This document shows, one piece after another, positions 9,237 to 18,624 of a stretch of 64,000 nt of DNA. A program made the translations under genes and the position numbers. The notes under the pieces are model-generated. The model was not told where the DNA came from. It saw only the letters and a list, made by a program, of their open reading frames with translations, and did no database searches. Source of the stretch: an uncultured Roseburia sp. Its GTDB lineage: Bacteria; Bacillota; Clostridia; Lachnospirales; Lachnospiraceae. Position 1 is the first letter of the stretch. Each line of letters starts with the position of its first letter. The stretch spans positions 4,803-68,802 of the forward strand of contig CANONN010000007.1 of assembly GCA_947567625.1 (NCBI GenBank), given 5' to 3'.

Positions 9237-9320
9237 CAAACTATGAAAACGGGTCTACAATAACGTTACTGGGCAGGGGACTGCACAGAAAATTGGAGTG
9301 CACGAAACAGGAGGTAACGT

Positions 9321-10505
9321 ATGGAAGATAACGTTATATATATGGACAATGCGGCCACCACGCCGCTCAGGAAGCAGGTGCTTGAGGCGATGCTTCCGTA
9401 TTTTACTGAAAAATTTGCGAATCCTTCCGGCATCTACCGCAAGGCGGCGGAGTGCAGACAGGATGTGGCGCGGGCGAGAGAGCTGCTGGCAGATTCTATC
9501 CACACTGCGGCTGAAAATATTTATTTTACCGCGGGAGGCTCAGAGTCGGACAACTGGGCGATCAAGGCGGCTGCGGAAGCCTACGGCAGTCAGGGCAGGC
9601 ACATTATCACGACAAAGATCGAACATCACGCCGTTTTGCATACCTGCGGCTATCTGGAGAAGCAGGGTTTTGAAGTCACTTATCTCGATGTGGATGAGAA
9701 CGGTCTGGTTGACGTCGGGCAGCTTGAGGCGGCCATTAGGCCGGACACGATACTCATCAGCGTCATGTTTGCCAACAACGAGATCGGGACGATCGAGCCT
9801 GTCGAAAAGATCGGTCAGATTGCCAGAAAACATGGCGTTCTCTTTCACACCGACGCGGTACAGGCTTACACGCAGGTGCCAATCGACGTGGAGGAAATGA
9901 ACATCGATATGATGAGCGTCAGCGGACATAAGATTTATGGACCGAAGGGCATCGGATTTTTGTATATCAGGAAAGGCGTGAAAATCAGATCGTTTCTTCA
10001 CGGCGGCGCGCAGGAGCGCCACAGAAGGGCCGGAACGGAAAACGTGGCGGGTATCATCGGACTGGCGCGGGCCGCACAGCTGGCGCTGTTGGACCGGGAG
10101 GAGCGGACCGCGCGGGAGTGCAAAATCCGCGACCATATCATAGAGCGGATTGAGCGAGAGATTCCGTTCGCTATATTAAACGGCGACCGCACGAAGCGTC
10201 TGCCGGGCAATGTCAACTTTAGTTTTCAGTATATCGAAGGCGAGTCGATGCTGATTCTGCTGGACGGCAGGGGAATTTGCGCATCGAGCGGTTCCGCCTG
10301 CACGTCCGGTTCTCTGGATCCGTCCCATGTGCTGCTGGCCATCGGGCTGGCGCACGAGACGGCGCACGGTTCGCTCCGCATCACGCTGGGGATGCACAAT
10401 ACCATGGAGGAGGCGGATTATCTGGTGGACAACCTCAAAGAGATCGTTGCGCGCCTGCGCGATATGTCGCCGCTCTATGCAGACATGGTGAAAAAGGTGA
10501 GTTAG
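9321..10505 (+). CDS. nifS: Cysteine desulfurase (NifS/IscS type)
   Basis: 'IYFTAGGSESDN', 'SVSGHKIYGPKGIGFLYIR' (PLP lysine) and 'SSGSACTSG' catalytic Cys loop. Confidence 0.92.
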   Translation: MEDNVIYMDNAATTPLRKQVLEAMLPYFTEKFANPSGIYRKAAECRQDVARARELLADSIHTAAENIYFTAGGSESDNWAIKAAAEAYGSQGRHIITTKIEHHAVLHTCGYLEKQGFEVTYLDVDENGLVDVGQLEAAIRPDTILISVMFANNEIGTIEPVEKIGQIARKHGVLFHTDAVQAYTQVPIDVEEMNIDMMSVSGHKIYGPKGIGFLYIRKGVKIRSFLHGGAQERHRRAGTENVAGIIGLARAAQLALLDREERTARECKIRDHIIERIEREIPFAILNGDRTKRLPGNVNFSFQYIEGESMLILLDGRGICASSGSACTSGSLDPSHVLLAIGLAHETAHGSLRITLGMHNTMEEADYLVDNLKEIVARLRDMSPLYADMVKKVS

Positions 10506-10547
10506 CATTGTGGTTGCAGATTGTCTTTTGACAGGGAGGGAAAATAG

Positions 10548-10985
10548 ATGTATAGTGAAAAGGTAATGGATCATTTTCAGAATCCAAGGAATGTGGGCGA
10601 GATTGAGCACGCCAGCGGCGTCGGCACCGTGGGCAATGCCAAGTGCGGCGATATTATGCGCATGTACCTGGATATCGACGAGAACCGGGTGATTAAGGAC
10701 TGTAAATTTAAAACGTTCGGCTGCGGCGCCGCGGTGGCGACGAGCAGCATGGCGACGGAGCTGGTGATGGGGAAGACGGTTGACGAGGCGCTTTTGGTCA
10801 CAAACAAGGCGGTGATGGAGGCGCTTGACGGACTTCCGCCGGTCAAAGTGCACTGCTCTCTTTTGGCGGAGGAGGCGATTCACGCGGCTCTCTGGGATTA
10901 TGCCGGCCGGCAGGGGATTACGATCGATGGATTGGAACGTCCCAAAAACGATATCGGTGAAGAGGAAGTAGAAGAAGAGTATTAG
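10548..10985 (+). CDS. nifU: Fe-S cluster scaffold protein (NifU/IscU)
   Basis: Three-Cys scaffold motifs 'GNAKCGD', 'FKTFGCGAAVA' and 'KVHCSLLAEEA'. Acidic C-terminal tail. Confidence 0.9.
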   Translation: MYSEKVMDHFQNPRNVGEIEHASGVGTVGNAKCGDIMRMYLDIDENRVIKDCKFKTFGCGAAVATSSMATELVMGKTVDEALLVTNKAVMEALDGLPPVKVHCSLLAEEAIHAALWDYAGRQGITIDGLERPKNDIGEEEVEEEY

Positions 10986-11020
10986 AGACAAACAGAAGGC
11001 AGCGTAAGGGAGGAAAAACA

Positions 11021-11464
11021 TTGAAGATTTCGACAAAGGGCAGATATGCACTGCGTCTGATGATGGAGCTTGCAATGGGGGAGGAAGGCAGGGCGATCAG
11101 TGTCAAAGAGATATCGGCCAGACAAAATATTTCGGTCAAATATCTGGAACAGATCATTGCCATTCTGGCGAAAGCCGGATATGTGCGCAGCGTAAGAGGC
11201 CCTCAGGGAGGCTATTCCTTAAAGCGAGCGCCCGGGGAATATACAGTGGGCGAGATCCTTCGTCTGACGGAGGGCTCTTTGGCGCCGGTTTCCTGTGTGG
11301 AGGAGGATGCAAATTACTGTGAGCGGGAAAAATACTGCGCTACGGTGGAACTCTGGCGCCGGGTGAATCAGGCGGTCAATGAGGTGGTGGACCATACCAC
11401 GCTGGCTGACCTCGTTTGCATACAAAAGGAAAAAAATGACGGTGCCGCTTGTGCGGCGGACTGA
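11021..11464 (+). CDS. Rrf2-family transcriptional regulator (IscR/CymR-like)
   Basis: TTG start. 'MKISTKGRYALRLMMELA' and 'ISVKYLEQIIAILAKAGYVRSVRGPQGGY' form the winged HTH. A C-terminal Cys trio 'CVEEDANYCEREKYC' is compatible with cluster ligation. Confidence 0.85.
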   Translation: MKISTKGRYALRLMMELAMGEEGRAISVKEISARQNISVKYLEQIIAILAKAGYVRSVRGPQGGYSLKRAPGEYTVGEILRLTEGSLAPVSCVEEDANYCEREKYCATVELWRRVNQAVNEVVDHTTLADLVCIQKEKNDGAACAAD

Positions 11465-11474
11465 GAGGAAGCAA

Positions 11475-13241
11475 ATGAAAATACAGCAATATTTGGCACA
11501 AAAAAAGATCGTTACAGACGGGTCATTTGGAACTTATTACGCGGAAAAATACGAGACACAAAAGATGCCGGAGCGGGCCAATCTCATGTATCCCGAGCGC
11601 GTCGCCCAAATCCACAGCGCCTACCTTGCGGCGGGCGCTGATTTTTTGCGTACCAACACCTTTGCCTCCAACACGGTTTTGCTGGGTACTGATTTAAACG
11701 GCGTAAAAGAAAACATTCGCCTTGCGGCGGCGATCGCCAGACAATCGGCCAGAGAGGCAGGGCGGCAGATCTTTGTGGCCGGCGATATCGGGCCGATACC
11801 AGATATCGGGCAAGCTGAGAGTACGGAGCAGTATATGGAGATTGCCAGGACGTTTCTCGCGGAGGGAATCGATATTCTGCTGTTTGAAACGTTTCCCGAT
11901 ATAGAGCGTCTGTATGCGGTGTTAGAGCAGATAAAAAAAGAGAGCAGCGTGTTTGTCATAGTGCAGTTTGCGGTCAATCAGTTTGGCTGCAGCAGCATAG
12001 GATTTCGCGCAAAGCGGCTGCTATGCGAGGCGGCCGCTTGCGAGTGGATTGACGCGGTCGGCTTAAACTGCGGCGTCGGGCCGGTACATATGCGGCAGCT
12101 CTTTGAGAAGAGCGGTTTGCCGGAGGGAAAATATCTGACCGCGCTGCCCAATGCCGGCTATCCGAGACGGGGAGTAAGACAGCTGGAGTTTGCAAATACA
12201 CCGCGCTATTTTGCCGATCAAATGACAGAGCTTGCGGCGTCGGGCATTGATATCGTGGGCGGCTGCTGCGGGACAAATCCGGCCTATATCGCAGAGCTTG
12301 CGGCGCGCCTTGACAAAAGACAGACCGGGCATGCGTTAGGTCTGCGCGCGGAAGAGATTCCGGTTAGGCCGGCGAAAAGAAGAGGATTTTTGTATGAGAG
12401 AGATGGTTCCGTCAAGTCCAAAAAGCTGATAGCGGTCGAGCTGTCGCCGCCCGCGGACGCCAATGAGGAGAACCTTTTGCGCGCGGCGCATCTATTGCAC
12501 GGGTTGCACGTGGACGTTTTGACGGTGCCGGACTCGCCGTCCGGCAGGACGAGGGCGGATTCTGTGCTGGTGGCGGCAAAGATCAAGCTGGAAACCGGGA
12601 TGGAGGTCATGCCGCATATCTGCTGCCGCGATAAAAATGCGATCGCCATGCGTTCTCTGTTTATGGGCGCCCACATCAACGACATACACAACTTTTTACT
12701 GATCACAGGCGATCCCGTCCCCACCGTGGCGCGCTCCGCCATAAAGGGGGTGTTCAATTTCGATTCCACCGGTCTGATGAAGATTGTCCGGGATATGAAT
12801 GAGGAGACATTTGCGGATTCACCGATGTGTTTCGGCGGCGCCATCAATCAGGGCAGAAGAAATCTGGATGTGGAGATCGGACGCATCAAAAAGAAAATGG
12901 CCTGCGGGGCCGCGTTCTTTTTGACGCAGCCCGTATTTTGCAGCGAAGAGGCAGACCGGCTGCGCCAAATCAAAGAGGAGACGGGCGCGCGGATACTCTG
13001 CGGCATTATGCCGTTAATCAGCAGGAAAAACGCGCTGTTTATGAAGAACGAGATTGCCGGCATCCATATACCGCAGGAGATTGTGGAGCGCTATCCCATA
13101 CAGGGGACGAGAGAACAGGGGGAGGCGGCAGGAATTGCCATCGCACGGGAAATCATGGAGCTTGTCAAAGATTTTGCGGACGGTTATTATTTTTCGTTTC
13201 CGTTTAACCGGGTAACCATGCTGAAAAAAATCTTGGAGTAA
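11475..13241 (+). CDS. yitJ: Bifunctional homocysteine S-methyltransferase / 5,10-methylenetetrahydrofolate reductase (YitJ type)
   Basis: ATG 11475 follows GAGAGGAAG; the ORF-track start 11379 overlaps the Rrf2 gene. The N-terminal half has 'DGSFGT', 'FLRTNTF' and 'GGCCGTNP' (Hcy-binding/zinc Cys). The C-terminal half is MetF-like ('LTVPDSPSG', 'PHICCRD', 'FFLTQPVF'). Confidence 0.85.
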   Translation: MKIQQYLAQKKIVTDGSFGTYYAEKYETQKMPERANLMYPERVAQIHSAYLAAGADFLRTNTFASNTVLLGTDLNGVKENIRLAAAIARQSAREAGRQIFVAGDIGPIPDIGQAESTEQYMEIARTFLAEGIDILLFETFPDIERLYAVLEQIKKESSVFVIVQFAVNQFGCSSIGFRAKRLLCEAAACEWIDAVGLNCGVGPVHMRQLFEKSGLPEGKYLTALPNAGYPRRGVRQLEFANTPRYFADQMTELAASGIDIVGGCCGTNPAYIAELAARLDKRQTGHALGLRAEEIPVRPAKRRGFLYERDGSVKSKKLIAVELSPPADANEENLLRAAHLLHGLHVDVLTVPDSPSGRTRADSVLVAAKIKLETGMEVMPHICCRDKNAIAMRSLFMGAHINDIHNFLLITGDPVPTVARSAIKGVFNFDSTGLMKIVRDMNEETFADSPMCFGGAINQGRRNLDVEIGRIKKKMACGAAFFLTQPVFCSEEADRLRQIKEETGARILCGIMPLISRKNALFMKNEIAGIHIPQEIVERYPIQGTREQGEAAGIAIAREIMELVKDFADGYYFSFPFNRVTMLKKILE

Positions 13242-13359
13242 ACTGCTGGCGGAGCTCAGTCATCGGCGAAATTGCGGGGAAAACTGTCGGGCCGCGGCAC
13301 GGGACATGGCTTTATTCACAAAAAAACGAGCGGAAAACAGGGTTTTTTTGAGAGTTTTG

Positions 13360-13388
13360 TTGAATTTTTGCGTGACCAAAGGTATACT
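13360..13388 (+). promoter_or_regulatory. Candidate sigma-A promoter for the MIP channel gene
   Basis: TTGAAT (13360-13365), 17-nt spacer, TATACT (13383-13388). It lies 54 nt upstream of ATG 13442. Confidence 0.45.
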
Positions 13389-13441
13389 TAAAAAGGTATC
13401 CTATTGTGTATGGCAGTTTTTGACTGAGGAGGAATTGTGAA

Positions 13442-14176
13442 ATGGCATATTTATCGGAGTTTGTCGGTTGTCTGATCTTTATTGGCGGCGGTTATGCATA
13501 TATGTGTAACGTTTCGCTCAAGTCGACCTTGATCGGCAAACTAAACTACATTGAGCTTTGCTGGGCGTGGTCTTTGGCCGTAGGGTTTGGCCTTGCCGTC
13601 TCGGTGATGATGGGCGGCCCCGGCTATCTGAACCCGGGCGTTGTGTTTGGCAATATGGTTTTGGGAAGCCTTGGCGTAGTCGAGGGATTAAAGTTTCTTG
13701 CCATAGAGTTTATCGCCGCAGGATGTGCGGTGGGGCTCAATCTCATCTTTTTCTGGGATTCTTTTAAAGACTCTGAGAACATGTCGAAAAGAGGAATTTT
13801 CGCAGCGTATCCCGTCAAGAAAAATATTCCGCTCAACTTTGTGCAGGAGATCATCGCTACCTTTGCATTTTTATTTATCGTTTTTATGGGAATCGGCGGT
13901 GTGAGCAATTTAAAGCTCGGCAACGATTCCGTGATTGTCGGTCTCGTAGGTTTCGCGGCGGTGTTCTTTCTCGCGCTCACGTTTAACGGCACCGGCTTTT
14001 CCATGAATCCGATGCGTTCGGTGTTTTCTTCGATCTGGTACGCGATCTTTTACATACCCGGCGGGAAAGACAGGGTAGACTGGGGCTACCAGTTTATCGT
14101 CAATTTCCTTGGCAGCAGTATCGGCGCGATACTCGCAGTGGCCGCGACCAGTGCGGTGAAAGCGGCGCTTTTGTAA
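13442..14176 (+). CDS. MIP/aquaporin-family channel with non-canonical NPA boxes
   Basis: Six hydrophobic segments. The half-helix motifs read 'YLNPGVVFG' and 'SMNPMRSVF' instead of NPA/NPAR. Confidence 0.7.
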   Translation: MAYLSEFVGCLIFIGGGYAYMCNVSLKSTLIGKLNYIELCWAWSLAVGFGLAVSVMMGGPGYLNPGVVFGNMVLGSLGVVEGLKFLAIEFIAAGCAVGLNLIFFWDSFKDSENMSKRGIFAAYPVKKNIPLNFVQEIIATFAFLFIVFMGIGGVSNLKLGNDSVIVGLVGFAAVFFLALTFNGTGFSMNPMRSVFSSIWYAIFYIPGGKDRVDWGYQFIVNFLGSSIGAILAVAATSAVKAALL

Positions 14177-14225
14177 GCGCGGCGGATGCTCGGTAGATTA
14201 TAAAGAGGAAAGGCATGGTATAGGT

Positions 14226-15299
14226 ATGAATTTTGTTTATGGGAGCAGCAGGAATGGAAATATTGCGGAGGCGGTGGAGGGGATCTCTGAGCCGTCTGCG
14301 CTGTTTTTTATCGTTGCGGGCGAGGAGATGCTAGAAAAAGCGGCGGAGGAGATTGAAAATCATTTCCCCGGTGTCGCCTCCATCGGCGCGGTCGGTTTTG
14401 CCTATGCACAGAGCCAGTCGTTTGATACCGGTGTCGTCGTGATCGCCCTGAAACAGGATATTTTGGTGGCTGCGGATGTTTTGGAGGAAGCTTCCGTTAT
14501 GCCCGTCAAATATATCAAGCGTCTGGTGACTGCTTTTGAGCGTGTGGAGGCGCAGGAGGGAAACACCGCGTGTTTTGACGTCTGTTCCGCGGGAGCAGAT
14601 CTGCGCGCCGTCACGACGCTGTCGTCTTTTCTGGAAAAAGGCGGTTACGATCTGGCCGGGGGCACGAGCAATTCGTCGTCGGTCGCCTGCAACGGCAAAG
14701 TCTATGAGGATGCCTGTGCATTTTTCGTCATCAAGAATCTAAACGGAAAGATCAAATCATACAAAGAAAATATTTATCTCAATTCCGGCGTCTACGGCGG
14801 TCAGATGATGGTCACGGAGGCCGACCCTGGGAGCTATACGATCTGTACGCTGGATGACAAGCCGGCGGATGAAGTCTATCGGTCGGCTTTGGGGATAGAC
14901 AGAGAGCAGATGAAGACGCAGACATTTAAAAATCCGTTCGGTCACATCTGCGGCTCGGATACCTATATTATTTCCATCAAGGAAGTGGATGATCAGGGAA
15001 ATATCGTCGCTTTTCGCTCCGCCAATAAGATGGATCTTCTGACAATCTTGCAGCTTGGAGATTACCGCGAAGTCGTCAGGGAGACGATTGAGCGGATGAA
15101 AAGTGAGCTTGGTAAGGTTTCGGCAGTGCTGTCCGTCAACTGCCTGTTTCGCTATATCATGTTTCACGATGACCGCTACTGGGACAAATACCTGGCCGAG
15201 ATGTGCGGTGATTTTGCCCACGCCGGGCTCGTCGGCGTCGGAGAGCATTATAACGCGCAGTTTGTCAATCAGACGATGTGTTGTCTGGCTTTTGAGTAG
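14226..15299 (+). CDS. FIST (FIST_N + FIST_C) sensory domain protein
   Basis: '[14 protein letters not shown]' (FIST_N) and C-terminal '[23 protein letters not shown]' (FIST_C GEh..hNQT signature). No TM segments. Confidence 0.75.
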   Translation: MNFVYGSSRNGNIAEAVEGISEPSALFFIVAGEEMLEKAAEEIENHFPGVASIGAVGFAYAQSQSFDTGVVVIALKQDILVAADVLEEASVMPVKYIKRLVTAFERVEAQEGNTACFDVCSAGADLRAVTTLSSFLEKGGYDLAGGTSNSSSVACNGKVYEDACAFFVIKNLNGKIKSYKENIYLNSGVYGGQMMVTEADPGSYTICTLDDKPADEVYRSALGIDREQMKTQTFKNPFGHICGSDTYIISIKEVDDQGNIVAFRSANKMDLLTILQLGDYREVVRETIERMKSELGKVSAVLSVNCLFRYIMFHDDRYWDKYLAEMCGDFAHAGLVGVGEHYNAQFVNQTMCCLAFE

Positions 15300-15310
15300 G
15301 AGGTGGGAAC

Positions 15311-16285
15311 GTGTTTGGATTGTTTGCAAATAACTGGATTGAAGAGGAAGAAATCGTCGTTCCCGCGCCGCAGGAGGAAGCGGCAGAGCAGGAGAGTGAG
15401 CCGTTTGATAAGTATCCGCTCGACTACACGTTAAAAAATGCCAACGGTATCATCGAGGATTTGTCGAACGACGTCTTTGTCACCACGCAGAAGATGCGCT
15501 ATGCCAACGAACAGTTTACCTCCCTGCAGCAGGATATTGTGGAGCTTCAGGGAGAGATGGATGTGCTGGAGCATGGGTTTTCGAGTATCACGGAGGCGGC
15601 CGACAAATTTGACGGTGTTGAGGAAGAGATCGACCGTTCGGTCGCGGGGGCGCAGAACCAGATCAAGATTCTCAAAGAGGACTCCAATTCGGTGCAGGAA
15701 AGCTTTAAAAATATGGCGTCAACATTTGACGTGCTCAAAGAGGCGCTCGACCGCATCAAAAGCTGCACCGTCGGCATCAGTGAGGTGGCTGATCAGACCG
15801 ATCTTCTCTCCTTAAATGCCAGCATTGAGGCCGCCAGAGCCGGCGAACAGGGAAAAGGCTTTGCGGTTGTGGCCGAGGAGGTAAGCAAACTGGCCAAGAC
15901 CAGCAAGGATCTGGTGGACAGCATCAATGCCGGGATTCATGAGGTCGAATTGCGCAGCAACGAACTGAACCTGTCCATTCAGTCCTCGGACGAGGCGATT
16001 GCCCACAATATCAAAAGTCTGGATCAGACGCAGGAGTATTTTGCAAAAGTAAAAGAGAGCGCCTCGGGCACATCATATGTGAAGGGCGAGATCGCCGGCG
16101 CAGTGGAGAGAAATCGTCTCTGCGTCAAAAAATTTGAGCAGTCCTTAGCGCGGACGGCCGGTGTTTACAGCGATATCATGGAACAGATGGATATTGACAA
16201 CAGCAAAAAGGGAATGTTGTTTGAGGCGTTCCAAAATCTTATGGAACAGGCGATCGCCATGGTGGAGGAGCTGCCGGAGGTATAA
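15311..16285 (+). CDS. Soluble methyl-accepting chemotaxis protein (signalling domain only)
   Basis: GTG start with AGGAGGTG upstream. The highly conserved MCP hairpin tip is '[35 protein letters not shown]'. No TM or HAMP segment seen. Confidence 0.85.
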   Translation: MFGLFANNWIEEEEIVVPAPQEEAAEQESEPFDKYPLDYTLKNANGIIEDLSNDVFVTTQKMRYANEQFTSLQQDIVELQGEMDVLEHGFSSITEAADKFDGVEEEIDRSVAGAQNQIKILKEDSNSVQESFKNMASTFDVLKEALDRIKSCTVGISEVADQTDLLSLNASIEAARAGEQGKGFAVVAEEVSKLAKTSKDLVDSINAGIHEVELRSNELNLSIQSSDEAIAHNIKSLDQTQEYFAKVKESASGTSYVKGEIAGAVERNRLCVKKFEQSLARTAGVYSDIMEQMDIDNSKKGMLFEAFQNLMEQAIAMVEELPEV

Positions 16286-16461
16286 GATTTGTCCGGTAAA
16301 ACGATACCGTATACCAGGCGCAGGATTTATAAATAGAGCAGGCAGGGAGAGTGTAAATCCATTAATTGGTTTGCGCTCTTTTCGCAATCTTGAATGTGCA
16401 GTAAACAGACAGCCGTTATCAAAATATTGCGATGGAACTTTGAGAAAGGGAAGGTGCGACA

Positions 16462-17088
16462 ATGGATGATAAAGATTTACAAAAATACTTTGATTTTTTC
16501 CGGGAGATCGACAAGGAAAAATATATTGTCCGTCAGACTTATCTGGCGGACGGCGCAAGAAAGGAAAACGACGCGGAGCATGCATGGCATATGGCCGTGA
16601 TGGCCGTGCTGCTCGGCGGGTATGCCAACGAGAAGATCGACGTGCTTAAGACAGTGACGATGCTGTTGATTCACGATCTGGTGGAGATCGACGCCGGGGA
16701 TACGTTTGCCTACGACGAGGAGGCGAAGAAAACGCAGCGGGAGAGGGAGTTAAAAGGTGCGAAGCGAATCTTTTCTCTGCTGCCGGAGGAGGAGGCCTTG
16801 CGGATGCGTGGCTTGTGGGACGAATTTGAGGAGGGAACGACGCCGGAGGCGCGTTTCGCCCACGCCATGGACAATATTCAGCCTGCAATGTTAAATGCGG
16901 CTTCCGGGGGCCGCAGCTGGCGGGAGCGGGGAATCCGCTTAAGCCAGATATTGGAGCGGAATAAAGACACTGCCGGCGGTTCAGAGGTTTTGTGGGATTA
17001 CGCCCTTGAAAACATGATTCTGCCGCATGTGGCAAGCGGGGACATTGTGGACGATAGACAGGAAGTTTCTGGAAATGAGAAGAGCTGA
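16462..17088 (+). CDS. HD-domain phosphohydrolase (YfbR-like 5'-deoxynucleotidase family)
   Basis: 'ENDAEHAWHMAVMA' (H..H) and 'LIHDLVEIDAGDT' (HD...D) metal-binding motifs. Confidence 0.7.
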   Translation: MDDKDLQKYFDFFREIDKEKYIVRQTYLADGARKENDAEHAWHMAVMAVLLGGYANEKIDVLKTVTMLLIHDLVEIDAGDTFAYDEEAKKTQRERELKGAKRIFSLLPEEEALRMRGLWDEFEEGTTPEARFAHAMDNIQPAMLNAASGGRSWRERGIRLSQILERNKDTAGGSEVLWDYALENMILPHVASGDIVDDRQEVSGNEKS

Positions 17089-17119
17089 AAAGGAAAAACA
17101 GCCGGAAAACGGAGTTTCC

Positions 17120-17161
17120 ATCTACCGTCCAGTTATTACAATCTACCGTCCAGTCACTACA
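17120..17161 (+). repeat. 21-bp tandem direct repeat x2 upstream of the LytTR gene
   Basis: 'atctaccgtccagtYaYtaca' at 17120-17140 and 17141-17161. Confidence 0.9.
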
Positions 17162-17196
17162 TTTGCAAAGTTTTTGTCAGATTTATGCCGATATAA

Positions 17197-17232
17197 TGTG
17201 AGAAGAATTTAAAGTGTGAGAAGAATTCAAAT
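17197..17232 (+). promoter_or_regulatory. 18-bp tandem direct repeat x2 overlapping a TATAAT box; candidate LytTR operator
   Basis: 'tgtgagaagaattYaaaK' at 17197-17214 and 17215-17232. TATAAT at 17192-17197. It lies 48 nt upstream of the LytTR ORF start. Confidence 0.5.
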
Positions 17233-17279
17233 TGCGGCGATGTCGCTGCACGTGAGAAATTAATCTGACAAGTTATGAG

Positions 17280-17660
17280 GTGATACTATTGCATATCACG
17301 GCAAGTGGTGAGGAAGAAAAAAGACGAAAAACGATATGCGTCAAAAGTGGAAATAATAAGAGGGAGGTTTTATCGGAGGAAGTACATTATATCGAGAGCA
17401 ACGGGAGAAAGGTTGTCCTGCATTTGCAGCAGGAGAATTTAGAATATTACGACAAGATCGGTCAGTTGGAGCAGGTGTTGAAGCCGGATTTTTTTCGTAT
17501 TCATAAAGGCTATCTAGTCAATATGAGATACGTCAGCGATTACGACCGAACGGAAGTTTTCATGAAAAATAAAGATAATCTTCTGATATCCAAATACCGG
17601 TATCAGGATTTTGTAAAAGCATACCAGGATTATAAAGAGTTTCATGCAAACAATTTGTAA
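17280..17660 (+). CDS. Stand-alone LytTR DNA-binding domain protein (no receiver domain)
   Basis: 'VHYIESNGRKVVLHL...FFRIHKGYLVNMRYV' is the LytTR signature. 126 aa from a GTG start; the exact start is uncertain. Confidence 0.8.
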   Translation: MILLHITASGEEEKRRKTICVKSGNNKREVLSEEVHYIESNGRKVVLHLQQENLEYYDKIGQLEQVLKPDFFRIHKGYLVNMRYVSDYDRTEVFMKNKDNLLISKYRYQDFVKAYQDYKEFHANNL

Positions 17661-17685
17661 TAATTTTGAAACAGCAAAAGGAGTA

Positions 17686-17715
17686 CAAGATTGAAAATTA
17701 AAATTTTCAATCTTG
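17686..17715. promoter_or_regulatory. Perfect 14-bp inverted repeat (2-nt spacer) between the LytTR gene and the next ORF
   Basis: CAAGATTGAAAATT-aa-AATTTTCAATCTTG. No T tract follows, so it is operator-like rather than a classical terminator. Confidence 0.5.
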
Positions 17716-17769
17716 GCGAAAAGAGCAAATGCGAACGTTGTTCGCAAAGCAGAAATGAGGAGGAGAATT

Positions 17770-18438
17770 ATGCGAATTACCAATCAAATGTTAAGTGCGT
17801 CTGCGAGAAAGGCGGGGATTCCGCTCGAGGGCAATTCACTCTTGGATTACCTCAATAAAGACGACGGGGGCAACCTGCTCGACAGTTTAAATGGCAGCAA
17901 CAACTTAAATCAGTCGGTGTCCTCGGTCTACAAAAACAACTATGACAAGATTCAAAAGGCGGCGGAAGCATATGAGAAGCAGGCCAAAAGCTTAGCGGAG
18001 TCGGGAGAGGGGTCGATCTGGGCAAAGGCCAATGAGACGGGAGATCTGTCTGCGGTTTATGACAATATCAAAAGCCTGGTGGACAAATATAACAGCACGC
18101 TTGAGGCGGTGAGAAAGACGCCGGATTCGTTAAACACCTATTACATGCAGATGTTTACGCAGGGGGCTGCCGACCGCAAAGAGGTGCTTGAGGCGGCGGG
18201 CGTTACCGTCCAGAAGGACGGCACGTTAAAGCTGGATGAGGACAAGATGAAAGCCGCTGATCTGAAAGCGCTCGAGAAAGCTTTTGGCAGTGGCAGCGAT
18301 TTTCTGGCGCGGACCGGTTTTGTGGCTGCGCGGGCGGCAGATCACGCAAAGACAAGCGCCGAGAGCGTTACCAGCCAATACACAGCAAAGGGCAGCTTAA
18401 TCACTGCCGAGACCAGCAGGTACGATTTTCTTGGATAA
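17770..18438 (+). CDS. Hypothetical protein (222 aa)
   Basis: ATG 17770 is preceded by GGAGGAG with a 6-nt spacer; the ORF-track start 17713 is less likely. Hydrophilic, Ala/Lys/Ser-rich, with no recognisable domain. Confidence 0.55.
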   Translation: MRITNQMLSASARKAGIPLEGNSLLDYLNKDDGGNLLDSLNGSNNLNQSVSSVYKNNYDKIQKAAEAYEKQAKSLAESGEGSIWAKANETGDLSAVYDNIKSLVDKYNSTLEAVRKTPDSLNTYYMQMFTQGAADRKEVLEAAGVTVQKDGTLKLDEDKMKAADLKALEKAFGSGSDFLARTGFVAARAADHAKTSAESVTSQYTAKGSLITAETSRYDFLG

Positions 18439-18516
18439 AATCGCGACAATTCAGGCTGTCTTGTCCGAACCGTTACATAAAATCAAACGAAGATGAGTAA
18501 AATTATGAAAAGACGC

Positions 18517-18545
18517 TTTTCAGAATACCGATACCGTGTTATAAT
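18517..18545 (+). promoter_or_regulatory. Candidate extended -10 promoter
   Basis: TTTTCA (18517-18522), 17-nt spacer, TGtTATAAT (TG 18537-18538, TATAAT 18540-18545). It lies 80 nt upstream of TTG 18625. Confidence 0.45.
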
Positions 18546-18624
18546 AGATTAAATTATTTCTGCATAATAATGGTGAGTGGCATCAAGATTCACGAAAAAT
18601 AGGCAGATAAAGGAGGAAATCATC

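Noticed and set aside
10176-11075. 299-aa minus-strand ORF antisense to nifS/nifU, and similar long antisense or alternative-frame ORFs in the GC-rich part (e.g. 3275-3877, 5799-6266, 9540-10136, 12284-12847)
   Set aside because: They fully overlap genes with unmistakable family signatures on the other strand or frame. They are Arg/Pro/Ala/Gly-rich low-complexity translations typical of shadow ORFs in GC-rich coding DNA, and they have no ribosome-binding sites.
17770-18438. Hypothetical protein considered as a flagellin/FlgL homologue because it starts 'MRITNQML'
   Set aside because: Only the first ~8 residues resemble the flagellin/FlgL N-terminus. The protein is 222 aa, lacks the conserved C-terminal flagellin helix, and no flagellar genes are nearby.
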